Positions 13,501-24,322 of a stretch of 64,000 bases of DNA are shown in pieces; the first letter of the stretch is position 1, and each line of letters opens with the position of its first letter. The notes beneath the pieces were generated by a model. That model saw only the letters and a program-made list of their open reading frames with translations, was not told where the DNA came from and did no database searches. Source of the stretch: Kudoa neothunni (taxonomy: Eukaryota > Animalia > Cnidaria); contig OZ199840.1 of the NCBI GenBank assembly GCA_964304625.1, forward strand, positions 3,361,631 through 3,425,630. The letters are read 5' to 3'. Both the position numbers and the translations under genes were made by a program.

Positions 13501-14269
13501 AGTGGATTTTATGGATTGAAAAGCCCCGCCAGAGTAGGCGGGAGATAACGGTAATGTTGAATTTTTCAAATTTTCATCAAATTTCTCACCAATTTGTTCA
13601 CTTTGAGCTGTAGATGCGATATATCTGTATTTTCCGCTTTGATATTCAAAAGGTTCAATGTAGAAAGCTGTCGTTATCATAACTCTGTAATCTTTAGGGA
13701 TTAACTCTTCTGGGACCAATTTCTCATCCAAATGTTCAATTATGGCATCTTTTAGCTCAGCAATTGACTTATTGTAACGTGCTTTACGATCCAATACCAT
13801 TTTCTTCAATTTTAGACCACTTCGGTTCATCACCATCCACATCAACTGCAAAGATGGTCTAATTTTTATGTCTTGTTCAACTTCAATCGAATCGCCAACA
13901 GAGCATGGAGTAGTCAAAGTAGGTGGGTTTCTATCGTAGTACTCAGAAATAAATTCTTTGAGGTTTTGTGGGAATCATCAGCTGATATCATATCAGTAAA
14001 GAGTGGAAAAGTAATCTGAAACAACGATAGGTGCTTCCTCACGAAATCAGCGACACATTTAGCAATCCTAAGCAGCTTAATATTGTAGGATTTCAATTCC
14101 AAATATTCAGAATATAGATGCAAAATGAGTCGGCCAAGATCGTGGTCAAAATTTTCTAGCGTAGAGAGCTCGCAGTTCAATTTTAAACATACCGTTAAGA
14201 TCAGTGGGTCATATGCTTTTAAAATATGTGTGAAATTTTTTCTCATCGCTGCGCGAAAAAGAAAAACGT
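7521..14269 (-). mobile_element. Array element A: ~6.75-kb full-length RLE non-LTR retrotransposon (NeSL/Utopia-like) associated with tRNA-Lys
   Basis: Domain order: unrecognised N-terminal domain, long Asn-rich linker, -1 domain (QIKRLRGLYRTNPKRCFREV), domain 0 (SAGTDGI), RT (QKGF..GCTEH, WLDIQKAFDSIPH, GVRQGCPISPLIFN, AFADDIVL, YKYLG), CCHC (CRHCTCEVETLGHVLGGC), RHDDV, KPDIV, IEVAISYE, KSEKY, VFGALG. 180-bp 3' UTR without poly(A). Confidence 0.95.
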
Positions 14270-14294
14270 CGCCCGATATGGGGATCGAACCCAT
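7701..14294 (-). pseudogene. Element A polyprotein (RT + CCHC + RLE), broken into about 8 ORF pieces by frameshifts
   Basis: Adjacent or overlapping minus-strand ORFs 13914-14294, 12601-13917, 10922-12547, 9867-10814, 8848-9843, 8187-8840, 7987-8211, 7701-8153 in the expected domain order. Confidence 0.9.
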
Positions 14295-14308
14295 GACCCC
14301 GAGATTAA
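13616..14308. repeat. ~693-bp direct repeat, copy 2 (other copy 6829-7520)
   Basis: Near-identical to 6829-7520. Confidence 0.95.
14256..14266 (-). terminator. RNA polymerase III terminator TTTTTCTTTTT
   Basis: Starts 4 nt after the tRNA discriminator; same motif after the half-tRNAs at ~7468-7478 and ~2364-2375. Confidence 0.8.
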
Positions 14309-14343
14309 GAGTCTCGTGCTCTACCTTTCTGAGCTAACCGGGC
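14270..14343 (-). tRNA. tRNA-Lys (anticodon CTT), 74 nt, intact
   Basis: GCCCGGT TA GCTC AGAAAGGTA GAGC A CGAGA CTCTTAA TCTCG GGGTC ATGGG TTCGATC CCCAT ATCGGGC G folds into a full cloverleaf and closely resembles eukaryotic tRNA-Lys(CTT). Confidence 0.97.
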
Positions 14344-17300
14344 ATTCACGTGTAATGTTGATTATACGTTTGTGTTATATACGTTTCCAATAATATTAAA
14401 CACCTCTAATTTGTACTATTAACTTTTTGCACTTTTCTTAAATGTTCATGTCTTCGTGTTACGTTTTAAATAACAATCAACTTGTTTCATGGTGTATGAT
14501 ATGATAGTTATTTCTCATTCTATTTTCGCACTCTGTTACAGGTCTGAGAAATATTTTATTTTAAGCCCTAACCTTCTACGTATTCTTCCCAGTTATCATA
14601 GGTACTCAATCATTTTTGAACTTTGAAAATAACGGCATTTTATGCGTGAAATGCATACGTTCTCTCCAATAATTCAAGTGGAACATAACTATGAAGTCTG
14701 AATTCTTTTATTACGTTTGTTTACAATTTTTCCAAACATTCTGACATGTAGTAAAATAGAGAGTTTTACTGGGTATTATTTGAAATATGTCTTTGAAGGT
14801 GAAACAAATGATTCATAATTTAGGTGTCAGCAAAGTAACTTTAATGACAAACAGACATCATCATTCTTATAGTTGCTCAAACAAAATACCATAATAAACT
14901 CGAGCATTCGCTATCTATATCCTTGATGATGAATTCAGCCATTTTTTGTTTAATGCAATGATAAAGATGTTACCAATTGTTTTCGTGATCAATATATTCT
15001 TAAAAGAGGATCGAAAAAGAAATAAGAAGATAGATTCAAAACTTTTAACGAAAGGATATAAATTCAAATTATCCCACCAACTCAGACTTTAAGTCATTAT
15101 TCACTTATTTCAAAAGTGATACAAATTTTTAACTCGATCAATTCTTTGTTAACGTTTGGAGTAATCGGAAACCATTTCAATAATTGATAGCACAAATTAG
15201 TGACTCAATACTTCTCATCAAATATTTCCTTTCGTTGACGTTAATGATGCTTTGGACGTATTCATTGAATTCGTATACCTAATACATAAAACATTAAATT
15301 ATATGATCATTGACAAGTTTCATTTTGGATTATTAAAAAATAAGAATGAATTAATTCATTTCAATAAATTGGCAAATTAAATTTTAAATAGTTGAAATTC
15401 CCACTAAATGGTTTTCGTGTGTTACATACATTGTATATATTAAACACACTTTCATCTCTCTCTCTTTGGATGTAAATAAACCCGCCGGGAATACAAACGA
15501 ACTATTGGCAATTGTTTAACGAATAATTAACTTTCACTACATTAGAATCTCATATTTCATAATATCGATATGTTATTGACCAAACTGTAATATTTTAATT
15601 ACCGCTTATTTTTAAATTTCTCTAGCGACCTATTATCAATAATCTCGATTGATAATTTCATTCCAAAACCAGCGACAGTCAACCATATTTATAAATAGAT
15701 TTTACTTATGACGTTAAAAACTATATGTTTGAACAGAGCTTTAAACCGTATTTATCTGGTGTTAAATAACATGTTTGACACTATTTATTACAGCCATTAC
15801 AACACAAAAATATAATAAAAATTAATTAATTTGTTTATTAAAAACCTCTTATTACAATCTTCAATAATTAACGAAGAATGAAATAATTTCTCACATTATT
15901 TGTAATATTATCCCTGAAAAAAACTGTGAATCATAATTTTTAATTAGTGACACAAATAAAATCAAGTTAATTATATCACCCATAATCTAATGAATTTTAC
16001 TTTCAAAATTCTGAACTCATTAATCCCGTAATTACATTTATTTTCCCGAACAAAAGAGTTCTTTTAAAGTCTTTATTCTAAGGACATTTTGACGACTCGT
16101 TTCATTGATAATCATAATCACTGAATTTATTTATAGCCTTAAATTTAAAATAATTATTATATATGAGCCAAAAACATCAAACAACCCATAGATTTAGATT
16201 ACATAATCTACAATGAAATAGCTATAATAATCTCAATAAAGTTTAAAAGCAATATGTAACAACTCAAATGTGATTTCATGCGCCCAATTATTCAGTGCAC
16301 CGCAGAAAATTTTAAATAACACAAAAATTATTCCAAATAATGTAATTAAAATAACAAATACCTCATATAATATTTGTCATTCAACCCCAGTTTAATAAAA
16401 AATGAAATATACAACATCATTCGAATAATCAATAAATCATCTCTCCAATTTGTTAAATTTAATTTACTAAATTTATTAAAATGGATAATAATTCAAATAG
16501 TAACTTTAAAATTGCATTGTAATGTTTATTCAACCACAGATTCTATAAATATTCAATAATAAAAATAGGGGAGGATTTTCAACAAGTGATAGATAAAAGT
16601 TTTTTGTATTCGAGCTAAATTCGCTCTAAAATTTTAATAATAAACGTGGTCAGAATAATCCATTAATTAATAAATAGATTTGTATGTCTACTTAAAAATT
16701 ATAAAATAATAATTATAACAGTCTAACATATATCTAGATAATGGCACGACCTTAAGTTATGTTCGTGTATTACAATGCGCGAATAACCAAACTCAGCATG
16801 TACATATAAGTTAGAAAGTAAATTTTGACAATTCTGCTTAACAAACTAAATTCTCCAAATGAATTACAATAGATTGGTTTTATTTATCAGTCATTCGAAA
16901 ATTTTAATATCAATAATATGCATACTAATGTAATTGTTTTTATTTAAATGATACATAATTTTTAAATGAATACGATTAAATGTGATTAAAATATATTGCA
17001 GAAATTCAAGTAACAAAAATAAGTGTACAGAAGCTACTTGATATTTAAAGTAAATCGGCTATTCTTTATTTAAATGAAATATAACGCATTTATTCCTCAT
17101 AAAATTTTTCAGCATAAAAAAAATACGATACTCAAACTTTTATCAACTTCTGATATATTTGATAATTATCTAACTTTTTATTAAATCTATAATCCTATAA
17201 CATTAATTAAGGTTTTAGCACTTATTAATCGATGTAATGAGCTATATAAAGAATTAAAATGCGCTAAAACCAAGTGGTAAATCAATATTCTTGAGTTAAA

Positions 17301-20300
17301 AAATTATCACCAACAAGCGTATAATATTTAACATCAAAACAAATATTTCTGACTGAAAAAAATTTTATAGCTACCAGTTAAAGCTCAGTCAAATTATGAT
17401 TTTTCGGTATTAAAGCTTTAATGCATTTATATTATGATAGCATATAAAGATACCTCTGAATTCCAGCAAAATGCAAACGATAATTTAACCTTCATATATT
17501 GTACGAGGAAACGTTTTTGGTGTCGAAAAAGAAAACGTGAAATATCAATGGAATACGACAGAGATTTTTGTAAGAACAAACGCACCTTTATCTTCAGTTC
17601 ATATCACACCTAGGTAACCATAAAAATAAATTTGACTGAACATAGGTTGATACAATAATACAATTGAATGCTAGGCGGTGGTATTATCAACCGTCATAAA
17701 TGAATAAGGACTCCGATGTAGCAAAGGGGTGAAAAGACAATCACCACCTGCATATTATAACTATGCACGTTGGTTCATTTGTCGTTTGTATTCGGCGTTT
17801 GTTGTAGGCTTTTAATCCCTTAATCAACTTGGGTGTACTAACCTCAAGGTCATTTTTAATTCCCTCAAATTCTTGAATGTCCGTTTAAATTCATGAAATT
17901 TTTGTTATTCCCTTAAATAAATGATTTCTGGGGTGTTAAATTTTGAAAAAATTAACAATAATGAAGTGAGTTTGCCGTGAACAAAAAGATTATTCATAAA
18001 TAAACATTGGGGTAAAAATCACGCTAAATTTTTCTCTGATCGTTGCTTTTAAAAGATTATTCGAAATGAATGTGAAATTGTATTCAATTGGTGAATTTTA
18101 GATTTTAGTGGAAAATGATAATTATTGTAATAATTAATCTTCAATATTCTAGCTTAATGTGCTTAGGAAATAATTCACAATGTCGTTAAAAGCTATCAAT
18201 CGTCACGATAGCTTTTGACCTTTAAAGGCGGCTTAACCATGCTTAATATTCTTTAATATTTTTACTAAGTATGATTTTTGATAATATACCGGTTTTCATC
18301 ATTTAATTAAGAATTTGGTAAAATTTTCGACTTATTGTGTTTTTATTTGGGTAGTACACAACAACGTAAATTTCAATTAATCTGGGAAATTTCGTTTTAT
18401 TAATAAACTCATGGAGTTGAATAAGTTGGAATTTAGTGAAAACAGCGGTGAGGGTTTTTATCAAATTTCATTGTATACAATTTTTAAATTAATTAAATAA
18501 CTTTATATAATTTTATTAGAATATTAATTGATAAAAAGTGGGGTTATTTTCTGCAGATAATTCGTTAGGTGAACTTTTTTCGACTAACTTAAAAGTTTAA
18601 TAAAGAAGATTATGTTGAGCAACATTTTTATGAAAGGAAACTTTAAAAAATTTCGTAGACATCTATGGCTTGATTGTATGTTTAATTTGTAAGTATTTGA
18701 ATGTTTGCAAAGATTTTGGTAAAAAGAGTATTATCCTTTTGGAAAAAAATATTCAAAAATGCTGAAAGTCAATAATAACTATGGCATTAATTGGTTTTAA
18801 AAATTAAGCTTGTTGAAATTGGCATGATGAAGATAATTTTTAATTCCATTCTTAGAGTATTCATTATATTTTTTTTATTCAGAAATGGAGGCGTAATAAT
18901 AATCACTGTGCTATGGTTTTCGGGAAGTGTAAAACTTTCTTTTTATGTGATTATTTTATGTATAAAATTTCTCAAGAAAAATACTAAGCGAAGTTTTCTA
19001 AAATCTAATAAATTATCGACAAACCCCATTTATTTCCATTGCCTATCATTAAAGTTTAATTTTACAGACTTGTGACAATTTTATTTTGTGCATTATGGAT
19101 GAATTTAAAAACATTAAAAAATTGAATTTAAAGTTTTTAAGCCTATTTTTTTAAGTGATCTAAAAAAATCATTCTTTTCGACGTTAGATTAATCATCAGA
19201 AATTGTGACAAGAAATTCATCGGAACACTTTTATCATTCAGATATAAGCAATATCGTAAAGGTTAAATAAATATAGAAGACGTGGATAATGTTTAAACTA
19301 GTCGATAATAATTACTAGAATTATTATCGTTTTCTACACAAATATGGTTGCGATAGGAAGATTTAACGAATGCTCATTAATTTTGGTTCCATAAACGAAT
19401 AATTGGTCCTGATCAAACATTTTTAAATGTTTATCTATTAATTTTAAATAAATTCAACCCATTTGTAACAAAATAAATGCATGGGTCAATTAAGAAATTT
19501 TGTTAATCTTCGAATTGTGTATTTAGTGTTGCCTGAAATAGGAAATATTCTTTAAAATATTCAAAAAAGCAAACTAATCAACCATTAACACTTATTTTTA
19601 TGTCACATTATTGAATTATTAACCATTAAATCCATAAAAGCATTAAGGCAAATTTTTTGGTTGGATGAAGACTTTTTGTATCAATAGAAGGTAGTTCTGG
19701 TAATCAAATCTTAGAGAAAGGTCTAAATTTAAAGTAAAATTTGTTTCTATATACATCTTTCGTATATTGCAGAGATGAGTTCCAAAATGGAGTTGTCATT
19801 TTAAATTATCTACGTGAATGTGAGCTCTATCGTTACAAACGATATTATAGTTAATTTACATGTAGATTTAAAAGAGAAAACAATTAGGTTGGTTAATTAT
19901 TATTAATTTTATAATATAAAAATTAGAAATTATAAACGAGGAAAAAAAGGAAATGGTAATTTAATCTGTATTTGACTTTTTTCTACTTGTTTTTAACAAT
20001 TCTTTTTTATATTTTTAAATAAATAAGATCTATTTATAAACTAAAAGAATTAACAAACTTGATTATGCTGAAAAAAAAATTTAAACTAACGAATGAGGAC
20101 AGAAACTTCAAAAATTAATATTAACAATTTGATTTTAATGAAACATTCGTTTTTGATTTATTTTGCTAATTCAATCTAGAAATACTATATTTTTTCTTTA
20201 CTGGTGAAATGAATTTTTTATTTATTAATATTAATAAGTAATATATTAATAATCATTTTTTTAATTCCCCTTATATCAACCAGATGGTTAAAAATATTTA

Positions 20301-21199
20301 TTTGAATAAAATGGTAAACGCTTTTAATGTATAAACATGAGCATTTAATAATTTATTGTTAAAAAATAAAAAAATAGGAAATTTTAATAATCTTAACGAA
20401 ATTTGATACAAAAATTTATTTAGATAATAAACGTGGAATTTAATTTTGGTATAATAAATAACTCTGTTATGGCATATACTTTTTCATGAATATCATTATC
20501 GATAACAGCAATAAGGCTAACGGCTAACTTCAAATTTATTGAAGAGTTCTCTTATCGAAATTCGAATATACATGATATAAAAAATAACAATTGAATTTAT
20601 TACACCCAAAAAATAAATGTTTCAACTTAAAAATAACACGTGCACGTTGAATGGCCAAAGCTTGCCAAAAAACGTGATCATTTATTTTCATTATTTATAC
20701 AAAATAATTAACATAAAATGCCTGTCAAATTCTAAAAATAAAAATTATTTTAAGAAGGTTTCTTTATTAAATTAAAACTTAATAGTTACTTCAAATGTCC
20801 TTATCATATTGTAGAATTAAATAGTAACACCTATTACTCAACTCTGTTAAAATATTTCCAGACATAATTTGAATTTATGAGTGAGTAGTCTAAATAATAC
20901 GATATAATAAAGTTTTTACTAAAAATTGGAATTAAGATTCCATTAATGATTGTAAACCTATTTCTTATTTTATATTCTACAAAATTTTTAGCTCAGTAGA
21001 TATTTAATCATATTGATATATAATGACATTTACTTATCTAGTTATATTCCAATCAATTTTTATAAAACAAGTTAAACATGCACATAATACTCTATCATTA
21101 TTCGTTTAAATTAACCCTCAAAGGATAACGGCTCCATGTTACCCACCTTTATATTATTTTGTTTATAAATTTTGTTGTTTAGCGTGTTATATTTTTTGC

Positions 21200-21746
21200 G
21201 GTTAAAATGTAGAATAGTGGCCGTAATCCAAATCAGCGACCACGACAAAAATCAAACCTGTTGATTATTTTAATTGCTTGTATTTATCATTGTTCCGTTA
21301 TAATTAGGTTATTTTCGGCACTGTATTTGTTGTCAATAATAGTTACTGTAATCTATCAAATAAATAACTGCTAACCCCTCGTAGTTATTTCCACAGGCCA
21401 TACCATTTAATCGACCGAGTAAAGCATGCGTTATATATCCTAAAATTTGAATGTGACAACTATGACTTATTTATCGATTGTCATATTTCATCATTATCGA
21501 TTTCCCATTATTAATTTCATATCTGTAAAAATAGGTTTTCCATATTTTGTACCAGCATTAGCTGACAAATTATAACGATCGTATAAATTTAATTTAAAAA
21601 AATAATTCCACAGATCAAATCCATTCATTCCTATCATTAAATGTTCAACAAATATCACATTAATTCAATTCAAAATATGTAGGATTAATGTACGAACTAA
21701 TAATAATACTTAATCGGTACATGCGGCCACTATTCTGCATTTAACC
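21200..21746. mobile_element. MITE with ~24-bp TIRs (GG-terminal, possibly Merlin-like)
   Basis: GGTTAAAATGTAGAATAGTGGCCG at 21200 and CGGCCACTATTCTGCATTTAACC ending 21746; T-rich imperfect flanking duplication; no ORF. Superfamily is a guess. Confidence 0.7.
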
Positions 21747-22597
21747 TTTTTTCATATTCACCAGAATTTCATCTACTTTTTTTAAAAGTATTATCTACTG
21801 ACACGATAAAATTAGTTAAAGGTTTGACGAAACTACACTAAATATATCAAGTCTTGCCACAAAATAATAGAAAGGTGGGCTCTCGAATCCAATGGTTAGC
21901 CGTTAATGGTTAACCAAATGAATAATGTCTTTAAATAATAAACTTTAAGAATTTCATTATTAAATATTGAAATAAACTGGATACAATATTTGAGAAGATG
22001 AGTGAGTGAAAATTAATAATCTTGATCCATGTTGCATAATCATCTGAGGGTCAAAAATGCAGAATTTATCCAACTCTTACTTCATCTAAAGAGCTCACTG
22101 GTCCATCGAAGTCAATGTATTTAATCAACACATGTTTTTAAAACAACCAGTAAAATCTTTCTGTGTCGAAGTTGATCTGTATTTCTATTTTAATCAATCA
22201 CATTATATATGGCGATGTAATTACATTGTGGGACTTTGATATTGCGTTTAATTTGGAACAACTTTAAAACGTTAGAGCAATACGTCAAATTTATTTATAC
22301 CTAGAATGTATGACTAATGATTCAAATGGCTTCTACGAATAATCGATAGTAAATCGACTAAACAAATGAAATTACTACAATTATTGTATTTAAATAATTT
22401 CTTCATAAAATAAAAAATTTTAGAATATTTTAAGGAAATAAATTCATTAAAAGAATTGGGAGACAAGTAACTAATAATTTTCACATTTATACCAAAAACC
22501 GACTTGGTCAAACGATTTGAATAATTCCAATAAAAAATAGATTTTTAATACAATAATATTCTGTATTTTGTTATAAGAAGTTCACCGAACTATTTAA

Positions 22598-23571
22598 CCC
22601 TTTGAATTCCAATGTTGCCAGATAGCAATCGTTTAATTTTGTGAGTGATTTAACCGTTAAAATACATTTCTTAAATATATCTTTATCACAATAATAAAAT
22701 TAATGTTTCTTTGATTTTATAAGAATGAATTTTAAAAATTTGTTAATTTCATATCAAGAGAAATACAGATAAATATAAAACTGTATGGCAAGTATAAAAA
22801 GACTAAAAGTATTCTACAATTGAACATAGATTTTTGAGGTTTCAATAAAATTAAAAAATATAAACATATACCATTAGATAATTTTATTTTAAATATAAAT
22901 CTAAGAAGAAAATATGTTTTGATATGCACACTATAGGGGAAAATTAACCCATGTTGTCACATGACAACGTTCGGCCCTCGATTTAAGTTTATTATCTTAT
23001 TTAGAATAGATTCTGATTAAATTTGGAAAAGGAATAACAGAAAAGACTTTCAAAAAAATAATATTATTAAAAGATGCGGACAAATCAAACGTTGGACTGG
23101 AATTGGATTCCATTTTGTATAGCCAATATGATGATACTGTATCCGAATACAGCTCCAGTGATGAGGAGGAAGATAACTCCCGTTTAATTTGGACAATTAT
23201 CGTAAAAAATTAAACAAATGATGGTATTGAAACAACTGATATTTTTTAACATATTTGCATTAAGTGCAATGTCCATTTGTGCCTCAATAAAAACAGAAAC
23301 TGTTTTCGGATTATTGAAATTGTAATCAATAATTTAATATTTCATTTCAGATGGCGGAAGAGTAATTTCTTGATTAAAAACAAAGTAACAAAAACTCACA
23401 CATGCATATTGAAATAAGCGGCGTCTCAACCAATGTTGACAATTGGCACCATGTGTGTATAAATTTTGTTCTTGAAATGGTCGCTCCAACTTTTGGATAT
23501 TTATTTAAAATTAAACATAAGGAGGAAGAAAATTTTTTCCAGTCACTGAATTAAATTGGGGGTTCAAAGGA
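22598..23571 (+). mobile_element. Internally deleted piggyBac relic
   Basis: TTAA-CCCTTTGAATTCCAAT left end and degenerate ATTGGGGGTTCAAAGGA-TCAA right end; internal CIKCNVHLCLNKNRNCF resembles the piggyBac C-terminal Cys-rich domain (~23255-23310). Confidence 0.65.
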
Positions 23572-24322
23572 TCAATATGAATATCCATCAGTCAAAGAAT
23601 TTATATTCCTTGGCGGGCATATCTTGAAACCTATCTATGTCTAAAAGAAATAATTTAGCTAATAATAAAATATTGAAAGGTGAACTTGTTATAACAAAAA
23701 AACTATATTCTAATTTTCCAAATGTGTTCGCTAGAAATTATTTTAAATGCGCGTGGTATTTCTATTAATCATTTCATAAGGCCTTTAAAAATATGTATTA
23801 TAGCTTTTTTGTGATATTTTTATTGATATTTTCTTTTAAGAACATAGATTTAAGTATAAAAGATATAATTAAGGTTAACACGTGGTTAGTAGGTGAGGTT
23901 CAGTTTTCCTCCATTTACTTCGACATTTGGAAGTAATTAAATTAATTAACGTATGGTGATATCTTTCTAATATACATTATATTATTAATATAGATATTTT
24001 TTGGAAAAAAATGATGAAATGAGCAGGGCTATTTCTTATTCATTAGAATCCATCATACTTTCAAATAAATAAAGGAAAAATTAAAGAATCAAGTACAATC
24101 TATGGAAAAGTTGAGTTATTAAATGGGAATAATATTGTGTTTGATTTTAACATTTTACACCAAATTAATAACCAATCATACCTTGTATGAAGAATTATTC
24201 TAGAATTATATTGATAACAAACATGAATGAATTATGAATTATACGTCGATTCATTATAAACAACCACTTAAACTCCTTCTGAATAAAACGTAAATTTTCG
24301 TTAGTATATAGTTTAAATCAAA

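Noticed and set aside
2829-14337. Plus-strand ORFs over the array
   Set aside because: Antisense shadows of the retrotransposon coding strand with no motifs.
2379-14343. tRNA-derived SINE heads or an LTR/PBS interpretation of the tRNA halves and the 690-bp repeat
   Set aside because: Halves lack the A-box and are sense-oriented without CCA complement; the repeat is protein-coding with no TG..CA ends; the enclosed RT/RLE is non-LTR type.
14400-17900. AT-rich DNA upstream of the tRNA, checked for further tRNAs or element parts
   Set aside because: No cloverleaf, repeat or interpretable ORF found by eye.
18170-20100. Scattered GT/AG-bounded exon-like pieces suggesting a decayed gene
   Set aside because: Could not build a consistent frame or recognise a protein.
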